NCBI GenBank assembly: GCA_025965215.1 | Contig: JAOPXI010000036.1 | Coordinates: forward strand, 2,915 to 66,914 | Source: Marmoricola sp. | GTDB taxonomy: Bacteria > Actinomycetota > Actinomycetes > Propionibacteriales > Nocardioidaceae | Length of the DNA: 64,000 nt | Reading direction: 5' to 3' | Shown here: positions 48,089 to 57,256 of the stretch, piece by piece | How the letters are laid out: every line of letters begins with the position of its first letter | How positions within the stretch are numbered: the stretch's first letter is position 1 | The notes under the pieces: model-generated | Databases searched by the model: none | What the model was told of the DNA's origin: nothing | The model's input: only the letters and a program-made list of their open reading frames with translations | Position numbers and translations under genes: made by a program

Positions 48089-48526
48089 TCAAGCCAGGGA
48101 CTCGACGCGCTTCTTCAGGCCCTTGAGCGCGGTGTCGATGATGACCTTCTCGGCCTTGCGCCGCAGCATCCCGATCATCGGGATCGCGACGTCGACGGCG
48201 AGCCTGTAGGTCACTTCGGTACCGGCTCCGGTCTCGACGAGGTCGTAGGAGCCCTCCATCGCGCGCAGCATCCGGCCCTCGACCAGCTTCCACCGCAAGG
48301 TCGTCGTACCGACGTAGGTGTAGTCGAGGGTGTAGGAGTCCTTGATCGGGGCGGCTTCGAGCTCGAAGTGCACCTGGCGGGCATGGCCGGACTCGTCGGT
48401 CGAGACGATCTGGGCAGCCTTCATCCCCTGGGCCCACGCGGGGTAGGCCTCGAAGTCGACGATGACCGCCATGACCTGGGCGGCAGGGGCATCGATCACG
48501 ATGCTCGACGTGGTCTGTTCGGGCAT
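48089..48526 (-). CDS. SRPBCC (polyketide cyclase/dehydrase-like) family protein
   Basis: The size and IVIDAPAAQVMAVIVDFEAYPAW are typical of the START/SRPBCC fold. Confidence 0.8.
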   Translation of the reverse strand: MPEQTTSSIVIDAPAAQVMAVIVDFEAYPAWAQGMKAAQIVSTDESGHARQVHFELEAAPIKDSYTLDYTYVGTTTLRWKLVEGRMLRAMEGSYDLVETGAGTEVTYRLAVDVAIPMIGMLRRKAEKVIIDTALKGLKKRVESLA

Positions 48527-48633
48527 GGACGCGAGGCTATCGGATCATCGAGCGCCCCTAGTACCGTGCAGGGGCCGGATGAGGAGCACGTCACACGTGT
48601 TCGGAGCAGACGTCCGAGTCGACGAGGAGAAGT

Positions 48634-50439
48634 GTGCGCGAGTACTCCACCCCCCTGCAGGTACCGGTCGCCACGACCGGCAATCTGACCGACGACGTCG
48701 TGACCAACGGCACCGAGCACCCGGAATCGGTGGCTTTTGCCCGCCGTACCCGGGACGGATGGGTCGACATCACCTGCGCGGCGTTCCTGGCCGAGGTCAG
48801 AGCGGTCGCGAAGGGGCTGGTCTCCGCCGGCGTCGAACCGGGAGACCGGGTCGCCCTGCTCTCGCGGACGCGGTACGAGTGGACGCTGTTCGACTACGCC
48901 ATCTGGTTCGCGGGCGCCGCGACCGTGCCCATCTACGAGACCTCGAGCGCCGAACAGATCGAGTGGATCCTGGCCGATTCCGGCGCGCGGGCGGTGGTCG
49001 CCGAGACGCCGGAGCACACCGGCCGGCTCAAGGAGATCCGCGATCGCCTCGACGACCTGCACCACGTCTGGTCGATCGAGGACAACGCCGTCTCCGTCCT
49101 CAGCACCCTCGGCGCGGAGATCACCGACGACCAGCTCGAGACGCGCCGTACGACGGCCGGTCCGGACGCGCTGGCGACGCTGATCTACACCTCCGGGACC
49201 ACCGGGCGACCCAAGGGCTGCGTCCTGACCCACGGCAATTTCATGTTCGAGCTGTCGGTCGCGATCGACGAGCTCGACACCCTGTTCACACCCTCCGGGC
49301 CGGAGGCGGAACCGGCCTCGACGCTGCTGTTCCTGCCCCTTGCGCACGTGTTCGCCCGGATCATCCAGGTCGGCTGTGTCAAGGCCCGGGTCCGGATGGG
49401 CCACTCGGCCGACATCCGCAACCTGCTCGACGACTTCGCCGCGTTCCGGCCGACGTTCATCCTGGCCGTGCCACGGGTCTTCGAGAAGATCTTCAACACC
49501 TCCTCGCAGCGCGCCGTCGCAGATGGCAACGGACGCATCTTCAACCGGGCGGCCGAAGTCGCCATGGCGTACTCGCGGGCGCTCGAGACCGGCAAGGTCG
49601 GGGTCGCCACCAGGACCCAGCACACCGTCTTCGACCGGCTCGTCTACAGCAAGCTGCGAGCTGCTCTCGGCGGGAAGTGCGCGTACGCCGTGTCGGGTGG
49701 CGCGCCGCTCGGTGACAGGCTCGGGCACTTCTACCGGGGCATCGGCGTGAACGTGCTCGAGGGCTACGGCCTGACCGAGACGACGGCGGCCGTGACCGTG
49801 AACCTGCCAGACGCCCAGAAGGTCGGCACGGTCGGCCGACCGGTCGGCGGCACCTCGGTGCGCGTGGCCGACGACGGCGAGCTGCTGTTCCGCGGCGGCC
49901 AGATCTTCGCCGGCTACTGGCACGACGACACCGCGACTGCCGAGGCGCGCGACGCCGACGGCTGGTTCCACACCGGTGACATCGGCGAGATCGACGACGA
50001 GGGCTTCGTGCGCATCACCGGCCGCAAGAAGGAGATCCTGGTGACCGCCGGCGGGAAGAACGTCGCCCCGGCCGTGCTCGAGGACCGGCTGCGCGCCAAC
50101 ATGCTGATCGACCAGTGCATCGTCGTCGGCGACGGACGCCCGTTCATCGGCGTCCTGATCACCCTGGACCGCGAGACGGTGCCAGCCTGGGCGGAGCAGC
50201 ACGGCAAGCCGACCGACATCTCCAAGCTGCTCGACGACCCGGACCTGCACGCCGAGATCGAAGCGGCCGTCGACGCAGCCAACAAGGCCGTGTCCAAGGC
50301 CGAGTCGATCCGCAAATTCACGATCCTTCCCGATGAGTGGACCGAGGAGGGCGGACAGCTCACCCCGAGCCTCAAGCTGAAGCGGAACGTGGTCATGAGG
50401 GAGAACGTCGACGAGGTCGAGGCTCTCTACTCGCACTGA
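48634..50439 (+). CDS. Long-chain fatty-acid--CoA ligase (FadD15-like AMP-forming)
   Basis: Motifs YTSGTTGRPKG, GYGLTET, TGDIGEIDDEGF and GGKNVAP. Confidence 0.9.
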   Translation: MREYSTPLQVPVATTGNLTDDVVTNGTEHPESVAFARRTRDGWVDITCAAFLAEVRAVAKGLVSAGVEPGDRVALLSRTRYEWTLFDYAIWFAGAATVPIYETSSAEQIEWILADSGARAVVAETPEHTGRLKEIRDRLDDLHHVWSIEDNAVSVLSTLGAEITDDQLETRRTTAGPDALATLIYTSGTTGRPKGCVLTHGNFMFELSVAIDELDTLFTPSGPEAEPASTLLFLPLAHVFARIIQVGCVKARVRMGHSADIRNLLDDFAAFRPTFILAVPRVFEKIFNTSSQRAVADGNGRIFNRAAEVAMAYSRALETGKVGVATRTQHTVFDRLVYSKLRAALGGKCAYAVSGGAPLGDRLGHFYRGIGVNVLEGYGLTETTAAVTVNLPDAQKVGTVGRPVGGTSVRVADDGELLFRGGQIFAGYWHDDTATAEARDADGWFHTGDIGEIDDEGFVRITGRKKEILVTAGGKNVAPAVLEDRLRANMLIDQCIVVGDGRPFIGVLITLDRETVPAWAEQHGKPTDISKLLDDPDLHAEIEAAVDAANKAVSKAESIRKFTILPDEWTEEGGQLTPSLKLKRNVVMRENVDEVEALYSH

Positions 50440-50494
50440 GGAAGGGTCAGGAACGAACCCGGGAACTCCTCGGCAGACCGCTCTGTGCCACGGG

Positions 50495-50527
50495 GGACTC
50501 ATAGTCCTTTCGGGCCATATCTGGCCC
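50495..50527 (+). terminator. Two short hairpins downstream of fadD (candidate terminator, or part of the tad upstream region)
   Basis: GGACT-CAT-AGTCC (50495-50507) and GGGCCA-TATC-TGGCCC (50512-50527). Confidence 0.3.
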
Positions 50528-50543
50528 CCAACCGGGTGGTGTC

Positions 50544-50572
50544 TTCAAAAATAGGTGCACAAGAGGTGCAAT
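50544..50572 (+). promoter_or_regulatory. Candidate sigma70-type promoter of the tad operon overlapped by an 11-bp-spaced direct repeat
   Basis: TTCAAA (50544-50549), a 17-nt spacer, then TGCAAT (50567-50572). AGGTGCA occurs at 50553-50559 and 50564-50570. This is the lowest-GC stretch of the region. Confidence 0.3.
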
Positions 50573-50715
50573 TCGGGCAAAGTGCTACATGCGTCGACAC
50601 CGGAGGGGTGTGTCGACCAGATCACTTCGGTGTTCGCAGGCACGTCCTCCTCCCGACGTGAGCCGGGAGACCGGGTCCGGGCAAGCGGGTGCCGCTGAGG
50701 AGAGGGAACCTCGGC

Positions 50716-51450
50716 ATGGACCGCAGGAAAGTGCTCATCGCAGTCGCCGCCGTCATTGCGGCCCTGGGAACACTGCTGGTGTTCCTCTACGTCCACGGCG
50801 CGGACCAACGCGCCAACGACCGGTACCGCGCGGTGAAGGTGCTGGTGGCGGTCAAGCAGATCGACACCGGCGAGACCGTCGCCGCTGCCCAGGCGGCCGG
50901 CAAGATCGGCGTGAGCACGATCACCCAGGGCGACGAGCTGGTCGGTGCGCTGAGCACGCTCGCGCCGATCTCCTCGGAGATCGCCCAGACGACGATCTAC
51001 CCCGGTGAGCAGATCATCGCAGGCAAGTTCGCCGCGACCGCTGCCACGACGAGCACCCTGACGATTCCCAAGGGCAGGATCGCCGTCTCGATCAACCTGA
51101 CCGACACGGCTCGTGTGGCCGGATTCGTGAACCCGGGCGACAGCGTCGCCATCTTCATGAACTCGGGCGGGATCGGCGGCCTCGGCCCGTTCACCAAGCT
51201 CCTGCTGCCCAACGTGGAGGTGATCGCCGTCGGCACCACGACGGTCGTGTCGACCACCACCACGGACAAGACCGGCGCGCAGACCACCGAGCAGCTCCCG
51301 CGGACGCTCTTCACCCTGGGCGTGACCCAGGACGAGGCGCAGAAGATCATGTTCGCCGCGAGCAACGGCGAGCTCGCCTTCGGACTGCTGACCCCGGACT
51401 CGATCGTGAAGCCCGACGCCGGAGCATCCTCGGCCACTCTCTTCAAGTGA
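50716..51450 (+). CDS. cpaB: Flp pilus assembly protein CpaB/RcpC
   Basis: An N-terminal TM segment (VLIAVAAVIAALGTLLVFLY) is followed by SAF-like and beta-clip regions (VLVAVKQIDTGETV, IAVSINLTDTARVAGFVNPGDSVAIF). ATG 50716 has a GAGGAGAGGGA RBS. Confidence 0.85.
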   Translation: MDRRKVLIAVAAVIAALGTLLVFLYVHGADQRANDRYRAVKVLVAVKQIDTGETVAAAQAAGKIGVSTITQGDELVGALSTLAPISSEIAQTTIYPGEQIIAGKFAATAATTSTLTIPKGRIAVSINLTDTARVAGFVNPGDSVAIFMNSGGIGGLGPFTKLLLPNVEVIAVGTTTVVSTTTTDKTGAQTTEQLPRTLFTLGVTQDEAQKIMFAASNGELAFGLLTPDSIVKPDAGASSATLFK

Positions 51451-51497
51451 CCCTCGACTTGAAGTGATCCGACGACGCTCCCACGAAAGGTAGTCAG

Positions 51498-52688
51498 ATG
51501 CCCGTCCTTGTCGAGAACGACGCTGCCTGGGCCAGCGCCCTCACAGCCGGCTTGCCCGCGGGCACGCAGGTCGTGGCCGGCATCGCTCAGCTCGACAACT
51601 GGCTCGCGAACCAGCCGGCCGAGTACGCCGTCGTGCTGGGCCCGAACACGGACCTGGACGACGCCGTTGCCCTGGCTCAACGACTGGTCACCGCGCACCC
51701 GACGACCGGGATCGTGCTGTTGCGCCACGAACTCACCTCGCGGGTGTTCCAGGCGGCGATGAGGGTCGGCATTCCAGCCGTCATCGCCGCCGACGACACC
51801 GACGGAATGGGTGCTGCCGTGGAGCGCGCCCGCCAGGTGTTCGAGGCGGTCCGCGGACCCGTTCCGGACGCAGCGAAGCGGGACGGCAAGGTGATCACTG
51901 TCTTCTCCCCCAAGGGTGGAGTCGGCAAGACCACCGTCGCGGTGAACCTCGCGGTCGCACTCAGCGGGAGCGGGGCTGCCCGGGTGTGCGTGGTCGACCT
52001 CGACCTGGCGTTCGGAGATGTGGCGATCACGCTCCAGCTGATCCCGGAGCACACGATCGTCGAAGCGGTCGAGGCCGAGGAACACCTGGACTTCAGCCTG
52101 CTCGAGACACTGCTGACGCGACACGAGAACTGCTCGATCCTGGCGGCACCGACGCACCCGGAAGCCAAGGAGCGGATCTCCCCGGCGCTGGTGAGCAGGG
52201 TGCTGCGGATCCTGCGCCAGCACTTCGACTTCGTCGTGGTCGACACCTCGCCGACCTTCGACGACCAGGTGCTGCACGCCTTCGACGAGAGCGACGAGTG
52301 CATCCTGGTCGCGACCCTCGACGTGCCGACGGTCAAGAACATGAAGGTGGCGCTCGAGACCCTCGACAAGCTCAATCTTGCCGAGGGACGCCGACACCTG
52401 CTGCTCAACCGCGCCGATGACGAGGTGGGACTGTCCCCGGCGAACGTCGAGCAGTTGCTGAAGATGTCGGTCAGCACAGCCCTGCCGTCCTCGTTCGCGG
52501 TCGCCAACGCGACCAACCACGGGCGCCCGATCGTGCTGAGCCGCCCCGATCACCCGGTCAGCAAGGCGCTGATCCAGCTGGCGCACGACCTGAGCAGCAC
52601 CGGCATCAACGGATCAGCGGCCCAGCACAGCGGTGCTCAGCCGATCGATCCGGACAAGCGACGCGTCTTCGGACGCCGGAAGAAGTGA
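51498..52688 (+). CDS. TadZ/CpaE-like pilus-assembly ATPase (pseudo-receiver plus MinD/ParA-type domain)
   Basis: The deviant Walker A is FSPKGGVGKTTVAVNLA. The N-terminal receiver-like domain has no obvious phospho-Asp pocket. Confidence 0.8.
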   Translation: MPVLVENDAAWASALTAGLPAGTQVVAGIAQLDNWLANQPAEYAVVLGPNTDLDDAVALAQRLVTAHPTTGIVLLRHELTSRVFQAAMRVGIPAVIAADDTDGMGAAVERARQVFEAVRGPVPDAAKRDGKVITVFSPKGGVGKTTVAVNLAVALSGSGAARVCVVDLDLAFGDVAITLQLIPEHTIVEAVEAEEHLDFSLLETLLTRHENCSILAAPTHPEAKERISPALVSRVLRILRQHFDFVVVDTSPTFDDQVLHAFDESDECILVATLDVPTVKNMKVALETLDKLNLAEGRRHLLLNRADDEVGLSPANVEQLLKMSVSTALPSSFAVANATNHGRPIVLSRPDHPVSKALIQLAHDLSSTGINGSAAQHSGAQPIDPDKRRVFGRRKK

Positions 52689-52714
52689 CCCGGACATGAC
52701 ACAAGGGGTGGGGC

Positions 52715-54370
52715 ATGAGCGAGTTCTCTGATCGTCTCGCGGAGCTGATGAACGGCACCGGCGAGACAACCGCCACTTCGGCCGTCGCGACACCGGAGAC
52801 CGACGCAGCTGCCGAGCGGGCCGAGCACCGCGAGCCGGGAGCCCGCCGTGCCGGGCCGAGCCCCGCCCGCCTCCCCGGTACGCCGCCGGCAACGACGCAC
52901 GCAGCCGCCACGACGCCGGCGATGTCGGCAGCAGCAGCCCCGGCGACGACGTCACCCGAGCCGACCCACGCGGCGACGATCCCGGGGGGGTCCCAGAGCC
53001 CGACGCAGGACTCGACCCAGACGAGCCGCCTGACCGCCACTGCGATCGCGCCCAGCGGAGCGGCTGCGTCGAGTTCCGGCAAGCGAGGACCGAACAAGGG
53101 GCGCTTCGACGATCTCAAGGAGAACGTCCACGAGGAGCTGCTGGTCCAGCTCGGGCCGAAGCTGTACGACGCCAACCTGAGCCCGGCCGAGCTCGAGTCG
53201 ATGGTCCGTCAGGCCTTGACCGACGTGATGGCCGCCAGCAACCGACCGCTGACCGGCAACGACCGGCAACGGATCACCCAGGAGATCGCCGACGACATCC
53301 TCGGCTACGGCCCCCTGGAGCCCTACCTGCGCGACGACTCGGTCAGCGAGGTCATGGTCAACGGGCCGTTCGATATCTGGCTCGAGCGCAAGGGCCGGCT
53401 GGTCCGGGTCGACGGCAAGTTCAACGACGAGGCCCACCTGCGCCGCACGATCGACAAGATCGTCTCCCGGATCGGCCGTCGCATCGACGAGTCGTCCCCG
53501 ATGGTCGACGCCCGACTTCCTGACGGTAGCCGTGTCAACGCCGTCGTACCGCCCCTCGCGATCGACGGAAGCTCGCTGACCATCCGGAAGTTCTCCCGTG
53601 ACCCGCTCACCGCCGAGCACCTGATCGACTTCGGCACGTTGTCGCGCAAGACCGCCGACTTCCTCGAGGCCTGCGTCCGTGGCCGGCTCAACGTGGTCGT
53701 CTCCGGTGGAACCGGCGCCGGCAAGACGACGACACTGAACGTGCTGTCCTCGTTCATCCCCGACGACGAACGGATCGTCACGATCGAGGATGCAGCCGAG
53801 CTGCAGCTCAAGCAGGACCACGTCGTCCGGCTCGAGTCGAGGCCGTCGAACATCGAGGGCAAGGGCGAGGTCAGCATTCGCGACCTGGTGCGCAACTCGT
53901 TGCGTATGCGTCCCGACCGCATCGTCGTCGGTGAAGTTCGTGACGCCTCGGCGCTCGACATGCTGCAGGCGATGAACACCGGCCACGACGGCTCGATCTG
54001 CACCGTGCACTCCAACGGCCCCCGAGACACCCTGGCCCGTCTGGAGACGCTGGTGCTGATGGCCGGGATGGACCTGCCCATGCGAGCGATCCGGGAGCAG
54101 GTTGCCTCGGCGGTCGACATGATCGTGCACCAGGCTCGGCTCAAGGACGGCACTCGTCGGATCACGCACGTCACCGAGGTCGAGCGGATGGAGGGCGACG
54201 TCATCACCCTCCAGGACATCTTCATGTTCGACAACGGCGCCGGGTTCGACCAGGACGGCCGCAGCATGGGAACCCTGAAGGCAACCGGGCTGCGCCCGAA
54301 GTTCCTGGAGAAGATGGCGTTCGCGAACGTCGAGGTGGACCCGCGGATCTTCGTTCCGGAGTCGTCATGA
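52715..54370 (+). CDS. cpaF: CpaF/TadA secretion ATPase
   Basis: Walker A SGGTGAGKTTTLN, IVTIEDAAEL, RMRPDRIVVGEVR and GHDGSICTVHSN. The N-terminal ~120 aa are low-complexity (A/T/P). Confidence 0.92.
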   Translation: MSEFSDRLAELMNGTGETTATSAVATPETDAAAERAEHREPGARRAGPSPARLPGTPPATTHAAATTPAMSAAAAPATTSPEPTHAATIPGGSQSPTQDSTQTSRLTATAIAPSGAAASSSGKRGPNKGRFDDLKENVHEELLVQLGPKLYDANLSPAELESMVRQALTDVMAASNRPLTGNDRQRITQEIADDILGYGPLEPYLRDDSVSEVMVNGPFDIWLERKGRLVRVDGKFNDEAHLRRTIDKIVSRIGRRIDESSPMVDARLPDGSRVNAVVPPLAIDGSSLTIRKFSRDPLTAEHLIDFGTLSRKTADFLEACVRGRLNVVVSGGTGAGKTTTLNVLSSFIPDDERIVTIEDAAELQLKQDHVVRLESRPSNIEGKGEVSIRDLVRNSLRMRPDRIVVGEVRDASALDMLQAMNTGHDGSICTVHSNGPRDTLARLETLVLMAGMDLPMRAIREQVASAVDMIVHQARLKDGTRRITHVTEVERMEGDVITLQDIFMFDNGAGFDQDGRSMGTLKATGLRPKFLEKMAFANVEVDPRIFVPESS

Positions 54371-56313
54371 ACACCGTCCTGCGCCGCCTGGCGTCGGTCG
54401 GGTTCGTCGCACCCCTGGTGCTCGCGGGTGCGCTCGCCGCAGCTGCCCAGGCGAGCAGCGACGCGACCATCGACCACTCGGAATCCAGCCAGGGCACCTT
54501 GCACCTGCTCGTCTCGGTGCCAGGGACCGCGGCGGTCGACCTGACCTCGGTCAAGGTGACCATCGACGGGGGCGCCGTCGACGCGACTGCGGTTGCGGCG
54601 GCCTCCAGCAACGACGTCAGCCGGACCGCCGTCCTGGCGATCGACACCAGCGACAGCATGAAGGGAGCGAAGATCGCCGCGGCCAGGTCCGCTGCCCTGA
54701 CCTTCCTCTCCGTCGTCCCGGCGAACGTCGCCGTCGGCATCGTCACCTTCGACAACAGCGTGCACGTGCTTCAGCGCCCGAGCCTGGACCGTGCCGCTTC
54801 GCAGGCGGTCATCAACCGACTCACGCTGAAGCTGAACACGGCTCTGTACGCCGGCGTCCGAGAAGCGGTCGCCGCCACCGGGACCACTGGTGAGCGCCAG
54901 GTCCTGGTGCTCTCGGACGGCAAGGACAACACCGGGACGCCCCTTGCGCCGGTCGTCTCGGCGATCAAGACCTCGGGCGTCAAGGTCGACGCGGTCGCCC
55001 TCGAGCAGGGCGCGGCTGCTCCGAGCGCGCTGGCTGCGATGGCGGTGGCGGGCAAGGGCACCGTCGTGTCGGCCAACTCCGCGGCACTGGCGAAGGCGTT
55101 CTCGAGCGAGGCCGACGTCCTGGCGCACCAGGTCGCGATCACGGCCAAGGTCCCCGCCAACCACACCAGCGCCGATGCCTCGGTGACCGTGTCGCTGAGC
55201 GCGGGCGGCGCGCAACACACCGCGTCGGCGTACGTCCAGGTCCAGGCTGCGGGGCCGACCCCCGTCACCCCCACCCTTCCGCTGCCCGAGCCGGCGGCGT
55301 CCTCGTCCGTGTCGATCCCGACGCCGGTCATGTACGGCGCCCTCGGCGCGATCGGCCTCGGCATGATCGGCCTGCTCGTCCTCCTGCTGGGCCCCAAGGG
55401 TCCCGACAAGCGAACGAGCCTGGAACAGCAGCTTCAGGTGTACAGCGCGACCGAGGACGGCAGCCGCCGCACCCGGGACAAGATGCGGGTCGACCAGGCC
55501 CAGTCCAGCTCGCTGGCAGCCCAGGCCAGGCAGGCCGCCCAGTCCGTGCTGTCGACCAACTCCAGCTTCGAGGCCCGGATCGCCAGTCGCCTCGAGGGCG
55601 CGGGCATGGCCCTCAAGTCCTCCGAGTGGTTGCTGCTGCATGTCGGAATCGCCCTCGGCGCCGGTCTGGTCGGTTTCCTGATCACCGCCGGCAACCCGAT
55701 CGCGATGATCCTGTTCCTGTTCATCGGCGCGATCGGCCCGTGGATCTACCTCGGGATGAAGCGCTCCAAGCGGCTCAAGGCGTTCGACGCCGGCCTCGCC
55801 GACACCTTGCAGCTGATGGCCGGGAGCCTGTCCGCCGGACTCTCCCTGGCACAGTCGATGGACACCATCGTGCGCGAGGGTGCCGAACCGATCACCTCGG
55901 AGTTCAAGCGCGTGATCGTCGAGGCGCGGCTCGGTGTCGGGGTCGAGGACGCGCTCGACGGAGTGGCGATCCGGATGCAGAGCAACGACTTCAAGTGGGT
56001 GGTGATGGCCATCCGGATCCAGCGGGAGGTCGGCGGCAACCTCTCCGAGCTCCTGCTGACAGTGGCCCACACCCTGCGCGAACGCGAGTACATCCGCCGC
56101 CACGTGCGTGCCCTCTCGGCCGAGGGCCGACTCTCATGCTGGATCCTCGGGTCGCTTCCCCCGGGCTTCCTGGCCTACCTCACGTTGACCAAGCCCACGT
56201 ACGTCAAGCCGATGTACACCACCCCGATCGGCTGGTTGATGGTCGGTGCGATGGCCGTGCTGCTCGGCGTCGGTATGTTCTGGATGACCAAGGTCTCAAA
56301 GGTGGAGGTCTGA
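54367..56313 (+). CDS. Fusion protein: signal peptide, extracytoplasmic VWA domain, TM segment and TadB-type platform domain (T2SS-F family)
   Basis: The signal peptide ends AAAQASS. The MIDAS motif is DTSDS (54643-54657) within AVLAIDTSDSMKG, with VLVLSDGKDNTG. The C-terminal half has LPDTL-like LADTLQLMAGSLSAGLSLAQSM and GGNLSELL (T2SSF). Confidence 0.8.
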   Translation: MNTVLRRLASVGFVAPLVLAGALAAAAQASSDATIDHSESSQGTLHLLVSVPGTAAVDLTSVKVTIDGGAVDATAVAAASSNDVSRTAVLAIDTSDSMKGAKIAAARSAALTFLSVVPANVAVGIVTFDNSVHVLQRPSLDRAASQAVINRLTLKLNTALYAGVREAVAATGTTGERQVLVLSDGKDNTGTPLAPVVSAIKTSGVKVDAVALEQGAAAPSALAAMAVAGKGTVVSANSAALAKAFSSEADVLAHQVAITAKVPANHTSADASVTVSLSAGGAQHTASAYVQVQAAGPTPVTPTLPLPEPAASSSVSIPTPVMYGALGAIGLGMIGLLVLLLGPKGPDKRTSLEQQLQVYSATEDGSRRTRDKMRVDQAQSSSLAAQARQAAQSVLSTNSSFEARIASRLEGAGMALKSSEWLLLHVGIALGAGLVGFLITAGNPIAMILFLFIGAIGPWIYLGMKRSKRLKAFDAGLADTLQLMAGSLSAGLSLAQSMDTIVREGAEPITSEFKRVIVEARLGVGVEDALDGVAIRMQSNDFKWVVMAIRIQREVGGNLSELLLTVAHTLREREYIRRHVRALSAEGRLSCWILGSLPPGFLAYLTLTKPTYVKPMYTTPIGWLMVGAMAVLLGVGMFWMTKVSKVEV

Positions 56314-56314
56314 G

Positions 56315-57256
56315 ATGAGCACCGCAATCATGCTCGCCGGCGTCGCGATGATCTTCGTCGCCCTGGTGATCGTCATCGCTGCCATCGCGCTGGCCCCGCA
56401 CCAGAGTGCCGGCGTCGACCGCTCCATCGCCGTCCTCGAAGCCCTGACGGCCGCGCCCGAGGAGATGAAGGGCGAGCTGGACGCACCCTTCAGCGACCGG
56501 GTGCTGCTCCCCTTGCTGGCCCGGGCCCAGGGCCTCGGTCACAAGCTGACGCCGGCCGACGCGAACGACCGCATCCACGAGAAGCTCGAGCTCGCCGGTA
56601 ATCCGCCCGGCTGGACGGTGGACAGGGTCAGCGCCGGCAAGGTGGTCGGCTTCTTCGCCGCCCTCGGGGTCTCCCTGGTGTTCTCGCTCGCCATCGGGCT
56701 CGGCTTCCTACCCACCCTGGTGGTCGTCGTCGGCGTTTCGGTCGCCGGCTACATGGCGCCGAACCTGTACCTCTACCAGCAGGCCTACGACCGGTCGGCC
56801 GAGCTGCAGCGCGGGCTGCCCGATGCCATCGACCTGCTCACCATCTCCGTGGAGTCGGGCCTCGGCTTCGACGCGGCGGTGGCCCAGGTGGCACGCAACA
56901 CCGACGGCCCGCTGGCCGAGGAGTTCGCCCGGATGCTCCAGGAGATGCAGATCGGCCGGGGCAGGACCGAGGCACTGCGGTCGCTCGCCGAGCGCACCAA
57001 CTTGCCCGACCTGCGCTCGTTCGTCAGCGCCATGGTCCAGGCCGACGCGTTCGGCATCCCGATCGGACAGGTACTCCGGGTCCAGTCCTCGGAGATCCGG
57101 GTCAAGCGTCGCCAGTGGGCCGAGGAAGTCGCCCAGAAGGTGCCCGTCAAGATCCTGATCCCACTCATCTTCTGCATCCTTCCGTGCCTGTTCATCGCGG
57201 TGCTCGGGCCGGCAGCGATCTCGATCATGAACAATTTCCGGGGCACCGTGGCATGA
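56315..57256 (+). CDS. tadC: TadC-type platform protein (T2SS-F family)
   Basis: Motifs LPDAIDLLTISVESGLGFDAAV and QADAFGIPIGQVLR, followed by C-terminal TM helices. Confidence 0.85.
   Translation: MSTAIMLAGVAMIFVALVIVIAAIALAPHQSAGVDRSIAVLEALTAAPEEMKGELDAPFSDRVLLPLLARAQGLGHKLTPADANDRIHEKLELAGNPPGWTVDRVSAGKVVGFFAALGVSLVFSLAIGLGFLPTLVVVVGVSVAGYMAPNLYLYQQAYDRSAELQRGLPDAIDLLTISVESGLGFDAAVAQVARNTDGPLAEEFARMLQEMQIGRGRTEALRSLAERTNLPDLRSFVSAMVQADAFGIPIGQVLRVQSSEIRVKRRQWAEEVAQKVPVKILIPLIFCILPCLFIAVLGPAAISIMNNFRGTVA

Noticed and set aside
48496-50502. A 668-aa minus-strand ORF opposite fadD
   Set aside because: It is a shadow frame. The plus strand encodes a complete AMP-binding enzyme with all core motifs.
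50545-50808. An 87-aa minus-strand ORF in the tad upstream region
   Set aside because: It covers low-GC promoter-like DNA and the cpaB 5' end in antisense. It has no RBS and no recognisable family.
53323-56103. A 926-aa ORF on the minus strand spanning cpaF and tadB
   Set aside because: It is antisense to two genes with unmistakable motifs (Walker A GAGKTT, T2SSF). Its translation is Arg/Gly/Asp-rich with no recognisable domain, which is typical of a stop-poor shadow frame in 70% GC DNA.
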